From the NCBI GenBank assembly GCA_963693365.1, contig CAVNZM010000002.1, positions 7,594,454 through 7,658,453 on the forward strand: a DNA stretch of 64,000 nucleotides, read 5' to 3'. The first letter of the stretch is position 1, and each line of letters begins with the position of its first letter. This DNA is from Amoebidium appalachense (lineage: Eukaryota > Protista > Ichthyosporea). Made by a program: the position numbers and the translations under genes. Under the pieces are notes generated by a model, which worked only from the letters and a program-made list of their open reading frames with translations, made no database searches and was not told the origin of the DNA. Below, piece by piece: positions 1 through 33,289 of the stretch.

Positions 1-116
1 ACATATCATTTACACAGTCGTGCTGAATCATAAAGCGCACAACTGTACGTGTCTGTTGAAGAGCTTATGTATACATGTACTATATAATCAAGGTTAAGGG
101 CAACGTTCACTGTCAA

Positions 117-190
117 TCCTGGGATAGAAGAGTTCACTCTCTTGCGCTCACAGTTACTTCCTGGGATAGAAGAGTTCACTCCTTCGCGCT
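117..190 (+). repeat. 42-bp tandem duplication (2 copies) upstream of kinase ATG
   Basis: TCCTGGGATAGAAGAGTTCACTC occurs at 117 and 159; copy 1 runs into CTCACAG, copy 2 into TTTTGCAG (201). Confidence 0.9.
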
Positions 191-235
191 ATCTTTTGCA
201 GGTGATGACATTATACGAATTACACTCACAGCAAG

Positions 236-1279
236 ATGCTGTTTGAAATGGTGCAAGCAAATTTCCTGAGCCTACGCTTGACAGCTGGGGTGGTTATCAA
301 ACAATACGAAATTCTTTCTTCCAAGCCCCTAGGTAATGGTGCATATGCAGCTGTATACCACGCAAAACACAGGAAAAGTGGTGTGAACGTAGCGTTGAAA
401 TGCATCCCGCATTCGAACCCCGACCCTCTCTCGTCGGTAGAGACAGAGGTTGAAGCGCTTACGCGCACCAGAGGCCACCCAAACGTCGTCAGTCTATATG
501 ATGTCTTTCAAGATGACAGCTTTACCTATCTAGTTCTCGAGCACTGTTCTAACGGGACACTACACGATTTCCTTCAAAAGAACGGACCAGTACCGGAGGA
601 CATGGCGAAAAAATGGTTTGCTCAGCTCGTGCGTGCTGTTTCATTCTGTCAGGATCGTGGTGTCATCAACCAGGATTTGAAAAACGAAAACGTTCTTTTT
701 GACTCGAACATGAACGTCAAGATAGTCGACTTTGGCCTTTGTGTGTTGACAGACGGGGACGCATCTCGAGCGGTTACGACACGGGCGGGGGGATCGCCTG
801 TCTTTGCTGCTCCAGAGGTTTATGGCGCTAGTTTGAATGGAATTTCCTTCCGTCCTGCCTTGGCCGAGTCATGGGCTCTTGGTGTTATTTTGCATTCCAT
901 TCTTACAGGAGCACTCCCATTTCCTGTCAGGCATTACCAGCGCATGTGGATGCGATATCAACCGCCCACCTCCTTGTCGACCTCCTGCCAGGATTTGCTA
1001 CAGTACATGTTGAAACACACGCCGTCAGTACGTCTCCCCGTGAAAAGAATACAAGAGCATGTTTGGTTACGTGAGCAAACGGACGATGGTTGTGCTTCAT
1101 GTTCAGATGATGAAGTTGCAAACTTGGATGTTGATGTGTGTTATAATTATGAGCCAAGAGCGTCGCTGGTAAGGTTAGCAGGTTTGAATGATGGAGTGGA
1201 CATGGGGCATCGATGTACTTGTGATGACAGTGTGGGTAAAGGTGGAAAGGTGATGGTTGAGGTCGGGCATAACTGTTAG
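236..1279 (+). CDS. Intronless Ser/Thr protein kinase, CAMK group (AMPK/MARK/TSSK-like), atypical catalytic loop, 347 aa
   Basis: GNGAYAAV Gly loop, VALK, helix-C Glu, HPNVVSLYDVF, INQDLKNENVL (HRD replaced by NQD), DFG, GSPVFAAPE, ESWALGVIL; in-frame TGA at 206-208 supports ATG 236. Confidence 0.92.
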   Translation: MLFEMVQANFLSLRLTAGVVIKQYEILSSKPLGNGAYAAVYHAKHRKSGVNVALKCIPHSNPDPLSSVETEVEALTRTRGHPNVVSLYDVFQDDSFTYLVLEHCSNGTLHDFLQKNGPVPEDMAKKWFAQLVRAVSFCQDRGVINQDLKNENVLFDSNMNVKIVDFGLCVLTDGDASRAVTTRAGGSPVFAAPEVYGASLNGISFRPALAESWALGVILHSILTGALPFPVRHYQRMWMRYQPPTSLSTSCQDLLQYMLKHTPSVRLPVKRIQEHVWLREQTDDGCASCSDDEVANLDVDVCYNYEPRASLVRLAGLNDGVDMGHRCTCDDSVGKGGKVMVEVGHNC

Positions 1280-2768
1280 ACACGCGCTGCAGTTGAAGTT
1301 TGTTGCCCAACGGGTGTGGGTTCGAAAGAATTGTAGAACAAGCAATCACTATCAATCTCTTTGGGCTGTATTTCTTGTTATTGTATTTTGTTGTAGTAGT
1401 CAATCGAAAACCGAGATGTAGAACTTGACTCTTTTTAGGAGCTGGAAAGGTGCACCACAAGGTTATTTTGATCTTGAGGTGTCCCGAGACTGCGAGACCT
1501 TTTTTTTTAGTTAACTGTCACTGCTTGTTCTGTTAAATTTTTTTTGTATAAGAGTTTGTAGACTTATACAGTGTTAATAGCATACAGTGTTAGTATAAAT
1601 ATGTGTATAGGACGCCCAGTTTCGAAGATTTGGCCTGTTCTTTGTGGGATCATCTCTACCCAATTGCGTGAATCATACATATCCTTGTCGTATAGTGAAC
1701 GAGAGAAGAACAGAAGCCTTGATATTCGTGTATTTAGTCTATGCATATGAGACTTGCAGATATTCTGAACACGAGACCTGCGCTGAGCGCAGTCATTGTT
1801 GCTGTCCGGAAGGACCTTGCTGCCTGCCCTCCTTCCCCCCCCCCCCCCCCCCCCCCCGGCCCGTCCGCTCCGCTCCTCAAAACACACGTACACACACAAG
1901 ACGACCACCACCACCACCAAAACATCACGCACGCGCTCGCGCACACACACACCGTGACATACATAGCCATATGTGTACACAAAAAAAAACCACCCACCCG
2001 GCCCATAACAAACCTTCTGTGGCCGAATAGTATGTAGCCCCGATACGGGTATAGCTATGTAACTGATTATTATGGATGATTTATTTGAAAACCGTTGCGC
2101 GCGTTTGTAGACAAGATGTGCGGGCCCTTAGAACCATAGTAACACTCCCCCGGAAACAAATCGATAATCGATAAAAACAGCAAGGAGAGACTGCAGGTAC
2201 GTTTATTCACCTCTGAAAGCAGGAGCCTGTGCTTCATAAATCGTCCCAGCAACTGCACAAATATTCTCCAGAAATAGACCAGCACACGAATTTCATAAAT
2301 ATTGTCCTACGGGGAGCTCTAGAGATCAAGATAACAGACCACCCTCGTTACCGCCACACATGATACATTTATTTCTAATGTCGAAGAAGAGATCTAGAGC
2401 TCTGGAAATCCCCCCCCCACCTTCTTCCAGTCCTTCTTCCGGGCCCGCGGGAAAAAAAAAAAAGAAAAAAAAGAAAAAAAGGAAAGAGAGAGAGAGAGGG
2501 CAAAAAAAAAAAAAAAAAAAACTTTGAGCAAGTGGGCTGCGATCCAGCACAGACAACCCAACATCTATATATGTTCGCGCGTATAACACTTCGGTAACAA
2601 ATATTCCAGATCCTATAATGATTTCATCAGGCTCATATATGCTTAGGTTCTACAGTTGTGCACACATGTGCGTGCACGGGCTTCGAGGACGGTGTGCAAT
2701 ACATATCATAATCAGGATACCTAGGGTGATAAAGGCCCCTATTTTAGTGGATCACCCCCCCCCCCCCC

Positions 2769-2799
<31 letters not shown>

Positions 2800-2871
2800 C
2801 AAGCACCATCACAAATCAACTGAACACGTCCTTTGACACCCACACCCACACCCACACCCCCATCCCCCATC

Positions 2872-2902
<31 letters not shown>

Positions 2903-2924
2903 ACACGCACACGCACACGCACAC

Positions 2925-2978
<54 letters not shown>

Positions 2979-3076
2979 AAAAGACGATAAAAAAAATAAA
3001 CCCAAAGGGCAAAAAAAAAAAAAAAAAAAAAAAAGGCGTGTTCGCCTAAACTACACACATTCTACACATGCTGTGT

Positions 3077-8558
<5,482 letters not shown>

Positions 8559-8839
8559 GTTTTCGATTGTGGATTGATGTGCGTCTACGTATTAACGCAA
8601 CTCTAAATTGCGGTCCTAAGCAATTCACAAATGGAATGCCAAGTGGCAACAGCAGGAGGTGTTACTAGAGTGCTTATTTATTCCGTGTTACGTGTGCTTT
8701 CTAACTGTTCCTTATCCTTAATCCAGAAAGCCAAAAAGTTGTGGTGTAGTGAGTTGCGCCTGATGAAAACCCTCAAATAAGCTATATACTTCTGCTTAAT
8801 TTCGGATGCCAAAAAAAAAAAAAAAAGAAAAAGGTATAT

Positions 8840-9400
8840 AACAAACGGCGGCTTGAATAACTACCTAAATAATGTAAACCAAATCCCTCTCTGACACCAC
8901 TCTATTGTAAATTGCAGCCACAACAATTGCAAGTCTGCCCAGCCTTTTCAGTACGTGCAACGGTTGAAGTTACGGCTATCTCCTTCGATTCGAAATCACG
9001 CACTTGTACCCACTTGTCAAAGAATGGTGCACTAGTCTGTTAAAAGTGACGTCATTCTGCCTCGAACGGAACGGGCCGTGGCTTGAAATCTACTGAACGG
9101 ACGTACATAAAGATGTACACGCCTCTTTCCATCTAACTAATGCATTGAGCTGGATTTTTCAATTGCTTATATCTTGGCTTTTTGAAATCGTAAGATTGTA
9201 AGATATCAAAGGCATGGCCAATATTAGCGTTACAGAGAGCGTGGGAGTGTGAACACTAATTACTAATGATGGATCCGGGGTGGTGTTCTAGAATATACAA
9301 TGCACGGGTTTGCTGCATTTAGTCTAATCTCGGTGACGTTGACGAATCATTCGATTCCGAATATATATATAAACGATTTAGTGGGTTCCACCAACGGCGT
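8840..9400 (-). promoter_or_regulatory. Putative UBE2C promoter with clustered Myb/MSA (AACGG), CHR-like, CRE and CCAAT motifs
   Basis: AACGG at 8844, 8959, 9065, 9070, 9096, 9393; CTTGAA 8852, 9082; TTCGAA 8989; TTTGAA 9181; TGACGTCA 9047; CCAAT 9218; 290-840 bp upstream of ATG. Confidence 0.55.
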
Positions 9401-9436
9401 TGTGGGCCCAAACTCGGTCGAATATTAATCAATTTG

Positions 9437-11617
<2,181 letters not shown>

Positions 11618-12539
11618 AGAGTGTGTCCTTATCATAATTTACACTTTCACAGTGCGTATTCCGGAAATAAGGGGGGGAACGGGGGAGGCCTCCCAATATA
11701 GAGTGTACTGATAGTCTTACATCAGATACCCTTACTTGTGCCATGGGGAGGAGGGGACGGGGGGAGCGGGGGAGAGGAGGGAATATTTAAAGGTTTTGAG
11801 GGGCTGGTTCAGGGGGAAGGGGGGGGTAATATTGGGGGTTTGGGTGTTAAATGAAGGGGATGCATGCCAGTTAACGTTAACCGTGGTCACTGGTAAGTAA
11901 CACATGTGTAGCTATGTCGGAAGAACACTCTCTTGAGAGAACTTGGCAATGCGAACGGTTGAATCAAGGCTTCCCGGTAGTGAGCGCGAAACAATATATT
12001 CAGGGCCGTGGCCGCCGGATCCATAAAGGGGGTTTACGCACAATTTTGGTCCATAATTTTTTTTTTCTTTTCTTTTGACTCGGTTTTATTGATCCGTTGA
12101 CGAAGGCAACGTGCAGCCACAGGCTACATAACCACCAATAGAACTGAAAAAGCCAAACTTTAAGCTACGAAATAAAAATAAAGCGACAAGTGACAAAGGA
12201 CACCAGGCTGCGGGCAAAACCTTAAGTGTACGTGTATGCGTGAAACTAGTTTGCTCCAACTAGTCATATGCATCGATGTTGACCAGACCACACTCCGCAA
12301 GAAGACATCATTACTGCTGCTTCCCAACAGGCCCCCCTCAAAACCTACCGAGGCACAGCAAGCAAGTCAGCCTCTAAAAGAGCAATGCAGACCAAATCTG
12401 AGCTAAAAAACAATCCCAACGGGCCCGGCCCCTAGATAACCCGGAGAAACTGCATCTAGCTCTCTGATAAGGTGGGCTAGTTGTGGCAGGACACACAGAA
12501 AAACACAATTACAGAATGCATGCAAGCAAACCCGGTCAT

Positions 12540-13130
12540 TGCCATACGACTGGAGGCTAAGGACTGGCAGTCACTTGGAAAGGTCCCCGACGACCATGTA
12601 GCCGCCCCTCCACTCACGCAGCGCAGAAGTAGCTGAAGAAGTTGCAGCAGCCCACCGCCAATAGGTCGCGTAGAAGCGTAGACAGCGTGTAGAAGTTACC
12701 ATAGGTTGCAGTGGACCACCAGGCGTTGAAGAAACCACTTCTCAAGCGAGAAACTCCGCGAAAGGGAGATGCCCCCACACTCTCACAGCAATAGGAATAC
12801 ACCAGGCAACACCACACACACGCTGCAGTCACGTTCCCCTGAGTGGGACTCCCTCCCACCACAAAAAGAAGAAACGAAAGCCTTTATATACCTGCCATGG
12901 TGAAGAATCGGGAAAAGAAGTTGACGTGACAGCTAAGAGATCGAAGTGAAAAAGGTTCTTCAACACATGCATGCTGCACAGTGTGTCTGTGCACATAATG
13001 TGCCGTACTACCTACGGCCCATGCATGTTGGTCACCCATAATTTTTTTTCTTTTGACTGGATTTAATCGACGGAAAGATATGCAAGTATGCGCGGCATAC
13101 TGAGAAGACAATAAAAACTTCACGAGTTAT
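12540..13130 (-). pseudogene. Decayed sterol O-acyltransferase (SOAT/ACAT, MBOAT family) relic
   Basis: Collinear motifs across shifting frames: EEPFSLR (~12958), LPGVFLLL (~12809), PFAEFL (~12762), FFNAWWSTATYGNFY (~12721), YMVVGDLSK*LPVL (~12567); compare recalled SOAT1 QEPFSAR, LPGVLIL, AFAEML, FYKDWWNSTSYSNYY, YALAVCLSFFYPVL. Frameshifts, stops, deletions; catalytic His absent. Confidence 0.6.
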
Positions 13131-13979
13131 CCAGTAACAAGTGCATACTGAGATACCTGAACACTGTGTGAAAATCATATAAATACTCAATGTGACGACC
13201 AACAGAATTCAAAAAAAGTCTAAAGTGTTCACATTGCCAGCTAGTGTAGCAGACACCCGTAGGGAAAGAGGTAAAACGCGACATAAAAACTCACACCTAT
13301 CAATTGCAACATGCTTGCGATTAAAAAGTTCAGCACAAAAATGGCACCAGCGGCGATGAAAACAAGAATTACAACGCCACTGCACAACTTCCCAGGCAAT
13401 ATCAACATCAGAGCACCATACAGACTTATCTACTAGGGTGGTATCCATACGTACAGCAGGAGAAATGTACATGTATCCTGCCAAAGCTCCCAAAAAGCGA
13501 TAATGATCAGTACGGTGTTGCCTAAGGAACATAACACATGCCGACTGAGTTTTACCTTTGATTTCTCTATCCGAACGAGAAAGAAACTCATACTGCGTAT
13601 GGTAATAACGCGAAAAGGCAGAAAAAACAGGAAGAGAAAAGAAAGAGGGAGTGAGATAGCGAGAGGAAGAACCAGGTTGAAAGAGGGTAGGCTGAGGACA
13701 TTCAGAAGTAGCGTTGGTGAATCGGGGGGGAAGAGGGATGGAGGGAGGGGGGAAAGAAAGCATAAAGAGGGTGACCATCAGGTATCCTAACTAAATGAAA
13801 ACAAAAACGAAGAGACAATTCCTCCATACGACAAACAGCAGACGACAATCCACACATACTGGTTAATTGGGAGGCACTTTATACTAAACACGCGTAACTA
13901 CGACCTGTTTATTAGATGTATTGATTGGCTTGAGAAACACATCACTACAAAATTCTAGCGCATTGCGCGCGCGCGCACG

Positions 13980-14062
<83 letters not shown>

Positions 14063-14191
14063 CCAGCTGATACCGAGTGTCCCAGGGGAGCCCGGGCCCT
14101 TAAAAAAAAAAAAAAAAAAAAAAAAAACCGGGGAACCCCAACTAATTGATTTCTCTTTGTAGTCTTTTCTTTAGTCTTATGGTGTCTCGTA

Positions 14192-14279
14192 GAGAAAGTA
14201 ACTTACCTGATTTATAGTCATCCCCCGACATCTATGAGAAAGTAACTTACCTGATTTATAGTCATCACCCGACATCTAT
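14192..14279. repeat. 44-bp tandem duplication containing a consensus minus-strand donor (CAG|GTAAGT)
   Basis: GAGAAAGTAACTTACCTGATTTATAGTCATC(C/A)CCCGACATCTAT twice, one mismatch. Confidence 0.92.
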
Positions 14280-14432
14280 GTACGTGATCATGATATACCG
14301 CTGAGGGGATATTCCGAGCAAAAACCCCCCCATACCTGAGACTGGTTTCTCTTTGCCTCGAGTAAACAGCGTAAACCCCCCTAGTCCTTCTCCTTCCCTG
14401 GACCTATCAGTCCCGAGGCTCCGACTCTGAGA

Positions 14433-14480
14433 CCCAAACTCTCGGTCACGTGACCTGACCTCTAAGTGACCGAGTTTGGG
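14433..14480. promoter_or_regulatory. Inverted repeat overlapping a GGTCACGTGACC E-box palindrome upstream of USP22
   Basis: CCCAAACT(CT)CGGTCAC ... GTGACCGAGTTTGGG; reverse CCAAT at ~14544; ~650 bp upstream of the USP22 ATG. Confidence 0.45.
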
Positions 14481-15118
14481 AATGATTATGTAAACCAGCC
14501 TTACGTAAGGCTAATCAGTCTTCTCAATTTGTGTAGGATGTTGATTGGCTAAAACGGCATCACGTTTTTCTCACAATGATTAGTGCAGAAGGCATCGATG
14601 ACGCAAAACGCATCAACTTGCGCAACCTTTGCACAAATTCGTCATGAGCCTCAGTCCCCAACTAGTACTCTGTCCGCTCATCATCGAGCTTTGAAACTGG
14701 CAAAAGTGTTCACCGGTCTAACGTTGCGGCGGTGTGTTCGAACATGTGATTAGGTGGTGCGTATGCAAAGTAGTTGCCAGCATAAAAACTCGGTCGTTTG
14801 TGAAAAATCTAATAGAAAAGCAAGATTTTTTCCGTTCTCTCTCTCCCTTTTTTTGTTTCGCTGTTCCTGGCCGGCACAGAGGCAAACAGACAACCTCAAC
14901 CAGATAGGATCATAACTTATCTCAGCAGCTGATCTAGATAGATGTGCAAGGAGCAACTGGTTCTTAAAATTGCTGATATTTTCACAGATCTTAAGTCAGT
15001 GTATACGTTTATACATCTCATTTCACCTTTCCCGTCCAGCCACGGCATTAAAGGCTTTCGTCTCGCCCTTTTTAGTACCTTGGTCGTTTAGCCAGTGGTG
15101 GCACCCGCGCGTTTCATC

Positions 15119-28643
<13,525 letters not shown>

Positions 28644-28791
28644 GAAAATCTACCTCCGGGGAGCACACATACACAGGCACACGCACACAGGCACACGCAC
28701 ACTTGCACGCACACTCACGCACACATTTTGACACACACACACATATAGGCACACATGCTTGTCCACACACATGTGCACACACAGACGCACG

Positions 28792-28835
<44 letters not shown>

Positions 28836-28855
28836 CTTTTGCACACACATGCAAA

Positions 28856-28934
<79 letters not shown>

Positions 28935-29045
28935 GAAGAGAGAAAAGAAAGGAAGAGAGGAAGGAGTGCTGATAAGGCCCAGCCATCTCCATGACTCTAG
29001 ACTCTCAAGCTCACACAGACACAAGCCCACATGCGCGCACACACA

Positions 29046-29147
<102 letters not shown>

Positions 29148-29629
29148 ACACACACCCCTTATACACATGGGCGCGCACACATCCACTTGTGTTTAATCTA
29201 TTTTAAACCCGTAATCAGAGCCAGTTTACCTTTTGGTTCAGGACAATAGACCAAATTAAATTTCTCGGAGCTGTACAGTAACCATGTATGTAATGTAGAA
29301 ATTACATAAATGTCGACATGATGTGTATTTTGGCTATAGTTACCACATGATTTGACCATTGCGCTGTGTGATAAGGTCAACTCTATATCTCTTACCTTTT
29401 GGTGTTTAAATGTATACGTATACATGGGGTGAATCGTTGTATGATGCAGTTAATAAACGGCCCAGCCAATAGGCCACCAGCAAAAACGTCACCAGGCAGT
29501 TTGCAGCATTAAAAACATATGGTATGAATGTGTCTGCGGCAACTCGGGAGTCAGGGCCAAATACATAAGAACAATCATTGAACACTGACCGCTGAACATA
29601 GCTCAGCTGAGTTTGCTGACTCTGAATAT

Positions 29630-30360
<731 letters not shown>

Positions 30361-32291
30361 ACACACACCCAGCATGATGGCAGATGTTTCCTAGGTAATC
30401 AAAATGAGCTAGTTTCGAACGGGCCATCTCCAGCAGGTTGCTTACTAAAAAGAAGCGCGACAGGTGTAAACAGTCATGACGACGCGGCGTGGTTCAACTG
30501 TATGTATGTATGTGCACCTAATTAGTCAGAGGCCCTCACAAGTACCAAGTATTGTCAGAAGCTGGTGCTAAAATTAGCTGGTGTCACAGCCTACGTACAG
30601 GTACGGTGCACACAGTCGTGCACAGGCTGACAGGGTAGACACATACATGTACAGGCTGATGCATCTCGGAGTCATTTAGTAGTACTACTACAGCTGAGTG
30701 TCACGGTATCATTGGATTTTAGTACATAGCATGCGATGCATATTATGTATCAGTAGGCCTGCCGGTCCACCGGACACCAGATGATATATTGTATATCGAT
30801 GCTGTGAGCCTGGCTGTCAGGGGACGACACCACGTGTTTCAGCACGCCATGATATCAGGGTCGAATATTCGAGGAAATCCTGGAATTCGATGCTGTTGGC
30901 ACGCACGTGTGCATGCGCAGTGCAGTAGTGTGCAACTGTGCAGTGCACACGCCGCGACACGATTTCTCTTCCAGGCTGTGAAATGTTCATGTTCGCTACA
31001 GTGATCAAAGCGTCGGAAATACCCCTAATGTCTCGCTTAAATCAAAAAAATATCCTACAGCGGAACTGGTTAGGGCAAATTTGGAAAGAATAAGCCATTT
31101 GAGCGGCCGGTGCCCCTACTAATGACTGCTGTACTGACACTGGAGCAAGGGGCTAAGCAAAACTTCATTTTCATACCCTGTTCGAGAGTGCATTTTGAAT
31201 CAAAATGCATTTTGCATACCGCACATACATTCCTGCATGACAATCTTAAAAATTGATGATCAGCCGCTATTGATGCCACCAGGTGAGAAACACATAACAA
31301 ACAGGGTTGTTAAAGCCAGTTTTACCTGTTTGCACTTCTATTGAGTCGGTAAAAAGTCTACTTTTATATCTAACACACAAAATTAACACTTCACTTTTTC
31401 TGTGAAATCAGTTGGAATTTAGCTTGTAAGTTGACAGCGGTCCGTGATCCGACATTCCATTATAAGCGGGGAATGTGCTATTTATATTATATCGATGAAA
31501 CACAGTTATATATGTACTATCAGTGGGCAAGGCGGTAACATTCACTATATTTGGCACTCTTGGAAAAAAAATACACTTCTAGTTAAAATTAGAAGAATCA
31601 CCTGCATAATTATAGGCTTTTTGGGCTGACGCATACGTATATACAGCATAGCATACACATGCCGGTCTGCATGCATATGTACAGATGTCTCAGCTGAGGT
31701 AGATGCCGTTGCACGTGGCGTGTGCGCAGTGCGCACACGGTAGCTCACGCAAGTACCAAGTATACTACAATAGTCAGTGCGTGCTACGAAGTTCGGACCT
31801 ACTCTTAGGCTACAAATAGTCGTGATAGCAGTGTATGTATGCCCCCGTGTACTATATATGTACCCAGTGTAGCTGCTTCGTGCTAAAAGACTGCCTGCCA
31901 ATGCACATCGATACCAGAACTGCCGTTACTATATCAAATCAATCACGATGCCATTTGTCTCGCGACTGTCATGATCACCAAAACAATAAGAAAGAAAGAA
32001 TAATACTTACTTGAACCACCTCTTGCAAATGCATCACAATCCCTGTTAGCTATAATGTGCTGCACATAGGTAGACGAAAGATTTGTATCCAGCGCTGGGT
32101 GACCTCAGTATACGTAGGTATACGTGTAGTTTGACCGTAACCATCATGATGTAATACTAGTAGGTCAGAGGACAGGTCACTGGGCAGGTGGCACTATTAT
32201 GACAAAAGACTTAACTTTGATTACTACTGAAGTTTGATAATTTGTTCTATCATACTGGTAATGCCAAGTGCACCGTCACGGTGAATTGAAA

Positions 32292-32576
32292 ATGGAAAAC
32301 ACCATCGACATTTGCACGGGCTGCCGCTCTCTAATAGGAACAGAATGTGTGACCTACGCCGTCCAAATGGGTGCCGTTTACTATGTGGTCAGGGGTATTC
32401 TACTGCTTGCTGCCGTGTGCCTGCTAGTGTATGGCATGTACAAACTGTGCTTGTTACTGCGACACACACAAGTGTCTGCTGCCCACAATCTGAATTACAC
32501 TTGTAGCACTGCAAGGTAGGTGGACGGTGTTCCCCCTTTTTTTTTAAGTTTTTATAATGAACAAATTGTGGCACGG

Positions 32577-32669
<93 letters not shown>

Positions 32670-33255
32670 CGCACACGCACACACACAAGAACTTCATCGT
32701 GACCATAATAGCAGATCACAAAAACTCTCAACTTGCAGGAAGATGAGACCAATCTAAAAGGGAGAAAATAAAATAAAAGGAAAGAGGACTGGGCTTCGCT
32801 GCAGGGGTGAGGGCCCGGATATTGAGAAATAAGTGGGAAAAACAAAAAGGTTGCAGAAATTAAACCGGATAGGGAGAAAGAGAGGACAAAAGAAAAGGCC
32901 CTCACACATCATATGACACCACAAATTCAGCCCCAAGAAATGTGCTCGACACCATGTGCACTTGCATAACTCCAAGTACCTCAAGCCATGCAGAAACACT
33001 GAGCCAACTTGCACCCTCACCGTCTCCCTATAGCTAAGAAGTTATTGATATTAACCGTTGCAAGCAATAATATTTATATTCTATGCCTGCACCAGCGGGG
33101 CCCACACCATGTTTGTGGTGCCCACCATCAGCCTGAGGCCAATCAAACATTTCCTCCCCTCCCCTCCTCCCCCTTCCACGCACGCCCCCCCCCCCCCCCC
33201 CCCCCCCCCCCTTCCCCCCTCCAGAAAAAATATAATGATACAGGGAAATGAAATT

Positions 33256-33289
<34 letters not shown>

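Noticed and set aside
14200-14260. U1 snRNA (ACTTACCTG)
   Set aside because: No U1 stem-loops or Sm site follow; better read as a minus-strand donor.
31000-31630. AT-rich segment as DNA transposon/MITE
   Set aside because: No terminal inverted repeats, target-site duplication or transposase similarity visible.
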